Shown here piece by piece: positions 1 to 7,758 of a stretch of DNA of 11,572 nucleotides. The DNA is from Promethearchaeota archaeon (GTDB lineage Archaea > Asgardarchaeota > Lokiarchaeia > Sigyniarchaeales > SOKP01). The notes beneath the pieces were generated by a model. The model did no database searches, was not told where the DNA came from, and was given only the letters and a program-made list of their open reading frames with translations. Each line of letters opens with the position of its first letter. Position 1 is the stretch's first letter. The position numbers and the translations under genes are program-made. The stretch is taken from NCBI GenBank assembly GCA_048941015.1, contig JBHLNZ010000089.1, positions 1 to 11,572 of the forward strand, read 5' to 3'.

Positions 1-2
1 CT

Positions 3-323
3 AACGAGTCTCTAAAAGAATTAACTAAATATACTGGAACCACTTTTCTACTCCAAAAAGTATTTGCTGAGAGTATTATCCAACGTGAAATGGAAATGTT
101 TAGTGATATTCAAATGGAAAATCAAGAATTTCATAAAGTACTGGAACTATTCGAAAAATTAGTTACAAGTTATAAAAATATTATTAAAAGCAAAAATAAA
201 CGAGAATTTTTTAAAATATTTACCGAAGGATTAGAATATTCTAAAGAAGATAACCACTTTAAAGATTCATATAAATATTTCTATGAATTCATGAAAACTT
301 TAAAAAGTAAAAATAAAAATTGA
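3..323 (+). CDS. tyrA: Prephenate/arogenate dehydrogenase, C-terminal dimerisation domain (5'-partial; gene begins upstream of the window)
   Basis: The frame of ORF 90..323 is open back to base 3 (NESLKELTKYTGTTFLLQKVFAESIIQREMEMFSDIQMENQEF...). The pattern 'T.F.L......I......F.DIQ..N' followed by helical '...K..EFFKIF' resembles the TyrA PDH C-terminal domain. The Rossmann domain is outside the window. Confidence 0.65.
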   Translation, partial: NESLKELTKYTGTTFLLQKVFAESIIQREMEMFSDIQMENQEFHKVLELFEKLVTSYKNIIKSKNKREFFKIFTEGLEYSKEDNHFKDSYKYFYEFMKTLKSKNKN

Positions 324-333
324 AGATTTCAGA

Positions 334-711
334 TTATTCAATCATTGAACCACAGAAAGGGCAAAATTTAAGTCCCGATCTTTGATCTAGTTGAGCTCCA
401 CAATTGAAACAATATTTAGATCGGATAACATCAGCTTTTTGTTCTTTTTCAATTACTAGAGCAGTTCCAGCTTCATATGTTGGATTATTAGTTTGATAAT
501 TTGAACTCACTTCTTTTTCAACTAATTTTGGGCTACAGATCGAATTACAATGAACACATCTTATAGGATCTTTTCCATAATAAATAACAAGATAAATAAT
601 TAATCCTATTCCTCCTGTAAAAATCAATAATATTATTGCTAAGCACACATCTATATCTTCACGAGTGGTTAATACATTTGAATTACACTTAGGGCAATAC
701 ATTGTTGACAT
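334..711 (-). CDS. LITAF-like zinc-ribbon membrane protein with C-terminal zinc ribbon (paralog 1)
   Basis: CPKC, then a ~22-aa hydrophobic segment (LAIILLIFTGGIGLIIYLVIYY), then CVHC, a polar linker, and CFNC..CPFC. ATG start. Clear paralog of 1179..1550. Confidence 0.8.
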   Translation of the reverse strand: MSTMYCPKCNSNVLTTREDIDVCLAIILLIFTGGIGLIIYLVIYYGKDPIRCVHCNSICSPKLVEKEVSSNYQTNNPTYEAGTALVIEKEQKADVIRSKYCFNCGAQLDQRSGLKFCPFCGSMIE

Positions 712-896
712 CTTTCTAACCTTTTCTATTGTATTTCAATAATTAATTTTGTATTTTAATTAAAGAATATTTCAATAAATACTAAAATGATCTCGAGTCC
801 ATTTTTTAATTAATCCTTTATATCAAGGTAGATACTATAAAGGTCAGATTTAATAATTTACTAAAACCCCTCTTAAAAATCGTGAGCTTATTAAGG

Positions 897-1163
897 TTGT
901 TTTTAGATAAAACATTATATTAAACTTGTTCTGAGGCTTCAAAAACGGAAAATTTAGAATGTTTTCAAGTATATGGTCAAGGTGATAATGGAAACTTGAA
1001 TTTATTAGTTGATAAAATATGGCTAGAAAATAATCGAATCTACTTTAGAGTATTAGAAATGATTTCTAATGAAAAAAGTAGTTTGATAAAAGAAAGAGGT
1101 TCTAATATATATTCAATCCACGAACAAGAAATCTTTACTATTCGATGCAGACTTTATTTTTAA
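897..1163 (+). pseudogene. Small hypothetical ORF (~88 codons) interrupted by an in-frame TAA at 921-923; missing from the ORF track
   Basis: TTG at 897 gives (M)FLDKTLY*TCSEASKTENLECFQVYGQGDNGNLNLLVDKIWLENNRIYFRVLEMISNEKSSLIKERGSNIYSIHEQEIFTIRCRLYF* (stop 1161-1163). There are 79 consecutive sense codons (924-1160) in very AT-rich DNA, and the ORF fills the gap, ending 15 bp from the convergent gene. Confidence 0.55.
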
Positions 1164-1178
1164 TATAATTCAAATCGT

Positions 1179-1550
1179 TTAGATGTGAGTCCCACAGTAA
1201 GGACAATATTTAGCATCTTCACTAAGTAGTCGTTCCCCACAAAAACTACAAAACTTTGGGACATTTCCACTTACTTTTTCAATTTTTTCATTAGTATATG
1301 AATTATATGCATTTTGAGTTTGTGATTCATATTTTCTCTGCGAAATTCGATCATCAAAAGGATAAACTTTAGCATTACAATGGATGCAATGATCTTTTGG
1401 TTTACTGTAATATACTATTAAATAGATAAAAAAACCTATTCCTGTAAAAAAAAATAATACAATAGCTAATATACTGTTAAATTTTTCACGTGATAACAAT
1501 ACTCTTTGTTGACAATTATTGCAATATCCAGTGGGATTTTTAATAGCCAT
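1179..1550 (-). CDS. LITAF-like zinc-ribbon membrane protein with C-terminal zinc ribbon (paralog 2)
   Basis: CNNC, hydrophobic segment (LAIVLFFFTGIGFFIYLIVYY), HCIHC, linker, CSFC..CPYC. Aligns along its length with 334..711. Confidence 0.8.
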   Translation of the reverse strand: MAIKNPTGYCNNCQQRVLLSREKFNSILAIVLFFFTGIGFFIYLIVYYSKPKDHCIHCNAKVYPFDDRISQRKYESQTQNAYNSYTNEKIEKVSGNVPKFCSFCGERLLSEDAKYCPYCGTHI

Positions 1551-1709
1551 ATTTTAAGAAATTATTCTTTTTATTCAAAAATCTTTGTTAAATATTATGA
1601 GTTCTTTAATATAACATTATTCAATAAAATTATTTATTACGAAAAAATAATTTTCAATAATTTACCATGAAAATGTTAATGATATAATTAATAACTAAAA
1701 TGAACTAAA

Positions 1710-2327
1710 TTGAATCAAAAAGGTTTTTTCATTGTTTTAGATGGAATAGATGGGTCTGGAACAACAACTCATAGCCAACTACTAACTGGATTTTTAGAAT
1801 CAAAAGGTTTAAAAGTTTATTTAACCCAGGAACCATCTAATAACGATATTGGATTGCTTCTAAGGAAATTTTTAAAAGATAATAAAATACCTGCTTCTAC
1901 AGATGCTCTAATGTTTGCCGCTGATAGAGATTTACATTATAGAATTGAAATCAAAAAAAAGTTAGACGAAGGTTATATTGTTATTTCTGATAGATACATT
2001 GAGTCTTCAATAATTTACCAATCAGTTCAATCAGATGAAATCTCAATCGACTGGGTGAAAAATATAAATAAATTCGCTGGGATGCCTGATACCACTATAA
2101 TTTTAGATATAGAACCACAGATCTCATTATCAAGAAAAAATCAACCAAATCGAGAGAAGTTTGAAAATACAGATTTCTTAGAAAAAGTAAGAAATACATA
2201 TCTTAAAAGAGCAAAAGAATTGAATTACTTTGTTGTAAATACAAATGATATTATTGAATTAGCTCAAGAAAAAATTCAGAATTTTGTAAAATCTAAATTA
2301 AAAGAGAAAGGTTTTAAATTCAAATAA
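1710..2327 (+). CDS. tmk: Thymidylate kinase (dTMP kinase)
   Basis: FIVLDGIDGSGTTT P-loop (Thr where the canonical GxDGxGKT has Lys), TQEP, LMFAADR, ISDRY..SS..YQ, PD..I.LD and KFE motifs. TTG start. Confidence 0.92.
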   Translation: MNQKGFFIVLDGIDGSGTTTHSQLLTGFLESKGLKVYLTQEPSNNDIGLLLRKFLKDNKIPASTDALMFAADRDLHYRIEIKKKLDEGYIVISDRYIESSIIYQSVQSDEISIDWVKNINKFAGMPDTTIILDIEPQISLSRKNQPNREKFENTDFLEKVRNTYLKRAKELNYFVVNTNDIIELAQEKIQNFVKSKLKEKGFKFK

Positions 2328-2381
2328 TAAAGCATAAATTAAAATTTTAAATAACACAATCAGATTAAGAACTTTTAAAAG

Positions 2382-3686
2382 TTGAAGTATTCTAACATAA
2401 ATCAAAATCTATCTACGATGGATAATATTTTTAAGAAAGATAGAATTGAAAATTACGTATATGTTTTTAGCTTTCCTCGTTTGGCGGGCACAGAAGGAGA
2501 GAAAAAAGCAGTAGAACTTACTGTTAATACCTTTAAAAAAATAGGATTTAATGATAGTCAAATTATAACAAGAAATTTTGAATTCTCAGATTTTTATACA
2601 ACCACTTTAGTTAAGCTAATAATGATGTTAAACCTTATTTTTAACCTTACTTTGATTTTATTTGCTTATATTCATATTCTCTTAACCATTGTAATTATTG
2701 CATTTATGGTCATTCTTGTAGCTTTAATATTTAGGGGTTTAAAACACCCTGAAACTCCGGGTTTTTGGGGGGAATATTTCGGTGATACTTTTACAGCCAC
2801 AAATGTTTTTATAAAGTTACCTGCTAAAAATCTACCTGAAAAAAAAGCTGGGAATATTGTTATTTCTGCTCATCTCGACTCTAAATCTCAAAGCTTTAAT
2901 ACTTTTTGGAGAATTTTATTCTATAGAATTTGGTTATATAGTGGAATTTTATTAGGAGTATTTTATATAATGTATTTAGTAATAACATTATCAAGGTTAG
3001 AATTTGATTTTCGAATAACTCTTTATGGCGCTTGGCTAACTATAATTGCTATTTCTGTTTCTAATCTTTTATTAATGTTTCTCGATACTCACAATAAATC
3101 GCCTGGAGCTTTAGATAATGCCTCAGGAATGGCAATCGTATTTGAATTAAGTAATTATTTCTTAAAAAATCCATTAGAAAATTTCAATTTATGGATATGT
3201 CAGTTTTCGGCAGAAGAATTAGGTACTATGGGTTCAAGGATTTTTGTGAATGATTATGAAAATGAATTTAAAAAAGGAAATATATTTCAAATAAATTTAG
3301 ATATGGTTTCATGTGCCGGTGAAAAGAATAATAGAATTGAGTATTTCAAATCATATGGAGTTCTTATTAGGAAAGAATGTGCTCCTCTATTAAGTAAATA
3401 TATTAATATAGCTGCAGAAGAAAATAATATAGAGATAAGAGGATTTCATCTAAGCCCGGGAGCTCACACCGACACAGTTCCTTTTCATTTAAGGGGTTTT
3501 GATGCCATTGATATAACAACTAAAGCATCAGCAAAATATACTCATACTAAATATGATACTGCTGAAAAAGTCGATCCAAACGTTATAGTTGATACTTGTA
3601 AAGTCATTTATAGTACGATAAAAATGATTGATGCTGATTATGAAAAATTATGCAATAATGAAGAATTGGTATGTGAGGTAGAATGA
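2382..3686 (+). CDS. M28-family Zn metallopeptidase with about four inserted transmembrane helices
   Basis: FPRLAGTEGE, SAHLDS (H164), GALDNASG (D245), FSAEELG (E278/E279), INLDMV (D307), YTHTKYDT (H388). Two long hydrophobic insertions. The true start may be the ATG at 2418 rather than the TTG at 2382. Confidence 0.88.
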   Translation: MKYSNINQNLSTMDNIFKKDRIENYVYVFSFPRLAGTEGEKKAVELTVNTFKKIGFNDSQIITRNFEFSDFYTTTLVKLIMMLNLIFNLTLILFAYIHILLTIVIIAFMVILVALIFRGLKHPETPGFWGEYFGDTFTATNVFIKLPAKNLPEKKAGNIVISAHLDSKSQSFNTFWRILFYRIWLYSGILLGVFYIMYLVITLSRLEFDFRITLYGAWLTIIAISVSNLLLMFLDTHNKSPGALDNASGMAIVFELSNYFLKNPLENFNLWICQFSAEELGTMGSRIFVNDYENEFKKGNIFQINLDMVSCAGEKNNRIEYFKSYGVLIRKECAPLLSKYINIAAEENNIEIRGFHLSPGAHTDTVPFHLRGFDAIDITTKASAKYTHTKYDTAEKVDPNVIVDTCKVIYSTIKMIDADYEKLCNNEELVCEVE

Positions 3687-4945
3687 ATCAAACTATAGCT
3701 GAGAAAATTTTTTTGGAACATACTAAAGAGCAAAAAATATCACCAGGTCAGTTTATTGAAGCAACTATAGATCTGATAATGGTTCATGAACAGTTAGGAG
3801 GGCGAATTCATAAGGAATATGAAAAACTTGAATTAAATAACGTTTGGGACCCAAATAAAATTTTTTTTATACTTGATCATTGGGTACCCGCCCCTACAGT
3901 ATCTGCTGCTCAAATGCATCAAGATTGTAGAAATTTTGCTAAAAAATACAAATTCATTCATAATATGGGTATGAATAAAGGAATTTGCCATCAGGTTTTG
4001 CCAGAAATGGGCTTTGCAAGGCCAGGGATGTTAATTGTTGGATCTGATAGTCATACAACTACCTATGGAGCATTTAATTGTCTTTCAACAGGTATTGGAG
4101 CCACTGATGTTTCAGTTGTCTTTGCCACAGGAAAGTTATGGTTTAAGATTCCAGAATCTTATAAAGTTAATTTAATTGGTAATTTAAAAAAAGGTGTAAT
4201 GTCAAAAGATTTTATATTGAAATTTATCGGGGATATTTCCACTAAAGGAGCAATCTATAAATCTCTAGAATTCCATGGAAAAGGAGCACTAAATTTATCA
4301 ATTGATTCAAGAATGACAATTGCTAACATGGTTGTAGAAGCCGGAGCAAAATTTGGAATTTTTTTACCAGATGATAAATTAAAAGCATGGCTCGATCAGC
4401 GAACTCAAGAACCTTATAAATTTATTTCTCCTGATAAGGATGCAGAATATGAACAACATTTTGAATATAATTTATCAGAAATTAGTCCTACTGTAGCAAA
4501 ACCATCTAATCCAGGAAATATTTCTCCTATTGAAGATGTTTTAGGTTTTCCGATTGATCAAGCTTTTCTTGGCAGTTGTACTAATGGTAGAATGGAGGAT
4601 CTCAGAATTGCAGCAAAGATATTAAAAGGTAAAAAGATAAATCATAATATTAGACTAATTATTATTCCAGCCTCGACAGAAATTTACTTAAAAGCTCTTA
4701 ATGAAGGATTAATTGAAATTTTTTTAAAAGCAGGAGCGATTGTAGGAAATTCTACATGTGGACCTTGTATTGGAGGACATTTAGGGCTTTTAGGTGAAAA
4801 TGAGATTTGTATTAGTAGTTCCAATAGAAATTTTGTTGGAAGGATGGGAGCTCCTTCATCGCAAATTTTCCTTGCTTCGCCAGCAACTGTAGCAATTTCT
4901 GCATTAAATGGAAAAATATCTGATCCAAGAGAGGTGCTTTCTTAA
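3683..4945 (+). CDS. leuC: 3-isopropylmalate dehydratase / homoaconitase family large subunit (LeuC/HacA/DmdA)
   Basis: DHWVP, GICHQV, GSDSHTTTYGA, GSCTNGR, CGPCIG (three [4Fe-4S] Cys), SSNRNFVGRMG, LASPA. ATGA overlap with the upstream gene. Substrate specificity (LeuC vs HacA) is not resolved. Confidence 0.92.
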   Translation: MNQTIAEKIFLEHTKEQKISPGQFIEATIDLIMVHEQLGGRIHKEYEKLELNNVWDPNKIFFILDHWVPAPTVSAAQMHQDCRNFAKKYKFIHNMGMNKGICHQVLPEMGFARPGMLIVGSDSHTTTYGAFNCLSTGIGATDVSVVFATGKLWFKIPESYKVNLIGNLKKGVMSKDFILKFIGDISTKGAIYKSLEFHGKGALNLSIDSRMTIANMVVEAGAKFGIFLPDDKLKAWLDQRTQEPYKFISPDKDAEYEQHFEYNLSEISPTVAKPSNPGNISPIEDVLGFPIDQAFLGSCTNGRMEDLRIAAKILKGKKINHNIRLIIIPASTEIYLKALNEGLIEIFLKAGAIVGNSTCGPCIGGHLGLLGENEICISSSNRNFVGRMGAPSSQIFLASPATVAISALNGKISDPREVLS

Positions 4946-5442
4946 TGAAAGAAATTAAAGGTCATATTTTTATTTTAGGTGATGATATTAACACTGATGA
5001 TATAATTCCCAGTCATACCTTAACACTTAGAGATCCTGAAGAAATGTCAAAATATACGCTTCAATTTGTTGCTCCCGAATTTGCAAAGAATTTAAATAAA
5101 TACAAAATTATCATTGCAGGTGAAAATTTTGGAACAGGAAGTTCACGAGAGGAGGCTGTGAATGTTTTTCAAATCCTTGGAATTAAAGCAATTATTGCAA
5201 AATCGTTCGCAAGAATCTACTTTAGAAATTTAATTAACCTTGGTATTCCCGCTATTAAATTAAAATGGAAGGAAGACCATTTCAGTAAAGGAGACTTTAT
5301 ACAAATTAACTTATCTCAAGCTTTTATTTATAATCAGACTAAAAATCTCAAATTCGAATTCGAACAATTACCAAATTTTCTAAAAGAAATATTAAATCAA
5401 GGAGGAATTATAAATAAATTAATAATTGATTTAAAAAAGTAA
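4945..5442 (+). CDS. leuD: 3-isopropylmalate dehydratase / homoaconitase family small subunit (LeuD/HacB/DmdB)
   Basis: GDDINTDDIIP, AGENFGTGSSREEA, IAKSFARIYFRNLINLG, GG near the C-terminus. TAATG overlap with the large subunit gene. Confidence 0.92.
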   Translation: MKEIKGHIFILGDDINTDDIIPSHTLTLRDPEEMSKYTLQFVAPEFAKNLNKYKIIIAGENFGTGSSREEAVNVFQILGIKAIIAKSFARIYFRNLINLGIPAIKLKWKEDHFSKGDFIQINLSQAFIYNQTKNLKFEFEQLPNFLKEILNQGGIINKLIIDLKK

Positions 5443-5444
5443 AC

Positions 5445-5978
5445 TTACATCAAAGCTTTTAATTCTTCTTGGATTTTTTCGATCCTTTTTTTTGATTTGA
5501 TGAGAAGATCTGTTTTTCCATACTTTGAAAACCATTTTTCAAATCTCTGTTCAATACTAACTTCATAAGTCCCCGCCATATGTTTATCAGCGAGACAGAT
5601 TATTTTCTCTTCTAATGAAATGGGCAAATAATTTTTTTCTGGTAATCCAACCTTAATTGCATCTTCTTTATCAAGCCCCCCTAATATATGTGTTTCACAG
5701 ATTCTTACGAGATTATTAGAAAAACCACGTTCTTTTAATATCTTTCCACCAATTAAAGCGTGTTCAAAACCATGAGTTTTTGCTCTTCCTATATCATGCA
5801 ATATTGCGCCAATTTCAATTAAATCCTTATTTACATTAACTTTTGTTATTTTTTCTGCAATCTCAAGTGCCTTTTCAGCAACTTTAAGTGAATGACGGCG
5901 AACATGATAAGGAACCTTAACGCGTTTAAGTAAATCAAAAGCAAATTCTCTATTTGGCAAAGTTTCTTCTTTATCCAT
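5445..5978 (-). CDS. HD-superfamily (HDIG) metal-dependent phosphohydrolase, archaeal TIGR00295-like
   Basis: HS..V, GAILHDIGR, HG..H...G..IL, ICETH, EEKIICLADK motifs. Confidence 0.85.
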   Translation of the reverse strand: MDKEETLPNREFAFDLLKRVKVPYHVRRHSLKVAEKALEIAEKITKVNVNKDLIEIGAILHDIGRAKTHGFEHALIGGKILKERGFSNNLVRICETHILGGLDKEDAIKVGLPEKNYLPISLEEKIICLADKHMAGTYEVSIEQRFEKWFSKYGKTDLLIKSKKRIEKIQEELKALM

Positions 5979-6084
5979 TATTTTTTATAAGTTAATAATT
6001 AACTTTAAGGTTTAGTTATTCAAAAACTCCAAAAACAATTCATTAGAATTAAGATGATTTTATAATTTAAAAAAGAATGATCTC

Positions 6085-6573
6085 TTAGTACACTTCTTCA
6101 TATGGACCACTAATTAAACCTCCAATTGTTCCCCCAATAATAGCTCCTATGATAGCACTTAATATACCCCCTACTGTAGAAACTAATTGAACACCTTGGA
6201 ATAGTGCCATTAAATCTTCTCCTGAAATAACGCTCAATAATATCCAAATTAGTAAATCAATGACTATAATTAACAAGCTAGCTATAAAACCTCTTTTTAA
6301 TCCTTTAGATATGGTACCACTTAAATATCCTATAAAAATAGTGGCTAAAATTTGTGCTGAAAAAAAATCATAAACAGTAGGTGTACCTGTAAAAAAAGAA
6401 ATAATATCGAATTCGAAATTTGCCCCAATCAATATTGTGATTATTCTTAATATATTAGTACTGCCAAAAAGCTGTAACTGTTCAATAATATACGACATAT
6501 TAAAAAAAAATGCAGTAAAAAAGCTAAAAAGAATTCCTACAAAAATACTAATTAATAACCGATAAGAGACCAT
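6085..6573 (-). CDS. Multi-pass membrane protein of unknown function
   Basis: Four to five hydrophobic segments and a Gly-zipper C-terminus (GGILSAIIGAIIGGTIGGLISG). ATG start, 162 aa. Confidence 0.75.
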   Translation of the reverse strand: MVSYRLLISIFVGILFSFFTAFFFNMSYIIEQLQLFGSTNILRIITILIGANFEFDIISFFTGTPTVYDFFSAQILATIFIGYLSGTISKGLKRGFIASLLIIVIDLLIWILLSVISGEDLMALFQGVQLVSTVGGILSAIIGAIIGGTIGGLISGPYEEVY

Positions 6574-6782
6574 TGTTCAAACCAAATTGAGACAAATTAT
6601 TTTTGTATAATTATATTGGCTAGAATATAACATTAATTAAAATTTATATGCTATTTTAATTCTTTAGTTAGATAAGAGTTAGAGGATTTCTTTTAATAAA
6701 ATATTAAAATTATGATGTTTTATTTAATATATTTAGAATATTTAATTTAATCTTGTTATACTTGAATAATTAGGTTAAGAAA

Positions 6783-7601
6783 TTGGCAAAAAAAAAGAAA
6801 AAAGCTGAAGAATCAAAAAAGATTGAAGAAGAAGATAAAAGTGAAGATATAGAAATTGATTTTGATAAAGATTTTATAGAGGATTTTGAAGAAGATTTAG
6901 ACTTAGAAGAAGAACTAGATTTATTGGATACTAATAATTTAGGTGCTGAAACTGAGATAGCAGAAACAATAATCGATAAAGATGAAGAACAAAAACAACT
7001 TTATTTGAGTTGTGGAATTCATATTGGCACCAAATTATTATCTGGAGATGCAAGAAGATTTATCTATAGACAAACTAATTATGGTTTATATGTTATCGAC
7101 TTAACTAAAACTGATGAACGGTTAAAAATAGCTGCGAAATTTTTAAGTAAATATGTTGAAGAAGGGAGTGATCGAGTTATTGTCTCTTCTGTTAGAAGAT
7201 ATGGAAAAGAACCAGTCAAGATGTTTTGTAAAGTTTTAGGATGCCGCGCAATCACTGACAGATTTATCCCTGGATCTCTAACTAATCCCCTCATAGATGA
7301 TTATATTAAAGATGCCTCCATTGTCGTTATTGTTGATCCTCATGCTGATAAGGTTATTTTAAGGGAAGCAAAATTAGCACGCATTCCTGTTATCTCTTTA
7401 TTCGACACTGATGACACTCTCGATGGAATTGACCTTGCTGTACCGGCGAATAATAGAGGTAAAAAAGCATTAGGGCTAGCATTTTTTCTTTTAGCAAGAC
7501 AAATTATGTTTGAATTAGGAAAAATTTCAAGTGAAGATGAATTTCCTTATACTCTTGAAGAATTCACCTCAAAAATAGTACCTGTCTACCGTCAGGAATA
7601 A
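6783..7601 (+). CDS. rps2: 30S ribosomal protein uS2 (archaeal type) with ~70-aa acidic N-terminal extension
   Basis: YLSCGIHIGTK, GLYVIDL.KTDERL..AAKFL, RFIPGSLTNP, DP..D....EA....IPVI...DTD, PANNRG motifs of archaeal/eukaryotic uS2. TTG start. Confidence 0.95.
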   Translation: MAKKKKKAEESKKIEEEDKSEDIEIDFDKDFIEDFEEDLDLEEELDLLDTNNLGAETEIAETIIDKDEEQKQLYLSCGIHIGTKLLSGDARRFIYRQTNYGLYVIDLTKTDERLKIAAKFLSKYVEEGSDRVIVSSVRRYGKEPVKMFCKVLGCRAITDRFIPGSLTNPLIDDYIKDASIVVIVDPHADKVILREAKLARIPVISLFDTDDTLDGIDLAVPANNRGKKALGLAFFLLARQIMFELGKISSEDEFPYTLEEFTSKIVPVYRQE

Positions 7602-7688
7602 TTTTTCTTCGATTATTTATTATTTATTACTCTTTTCGTTTCTTCTCTTTTTCATTCTTTTTGGTGTGTTTTTTCTCCTTTTATTCTA
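7602..7688 (+). terminator. Pyrimidine/oligo-T tract downstream of rps2; putative archaeal-type intrinsic terminator region
   Basis: Begins directly after the stop: tttttcttc...tcttttcgtttcttctctttttcattctttttggtgtgttttttctcctttt, with several T4-T6 runs on the sense strand. Archaeal termination occurs at oligo-U tracts. Confidence 0.45.
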
Positions 7689-7758
7689 TGAATGACAAAT
7701 TTTTAATCAATATTCAATTTTCTTTAATTAAGAAAGTCATAAAAAAGTTTAAAAAACT

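Noticed and set aside
475-486. NPTY (NPxY sorting-signal-like) motif in LITAF-like paralog 1
   Set aside because: A four-residue motif not conserved in paralog 2; likely chance.
921-923. Possible TAA recoding or alternative genetic code
   Set aside because: TAA terminates many clear genes here (tmk, leuC, leuD, rps2, cooC), so nonsense mutation or sequencing error is simpler.
7079-7294. 71-aa minus-strand ORF
   Set aside because: Antisense shadow wholly inside rps2, with no recognisable motifs.
7620-7655. Minus-strand mini-ORF MKKRRNEKSNK with an upstream AAGGAG, superficially like a tiny basic ribosomal peptide (eL41)
   Set aside because: Only 11 aa, lacks the eL41 KW/RR pattern, the SD-like site is too far away, and it is explained as the complement of the pyrimidine tract after rps2.
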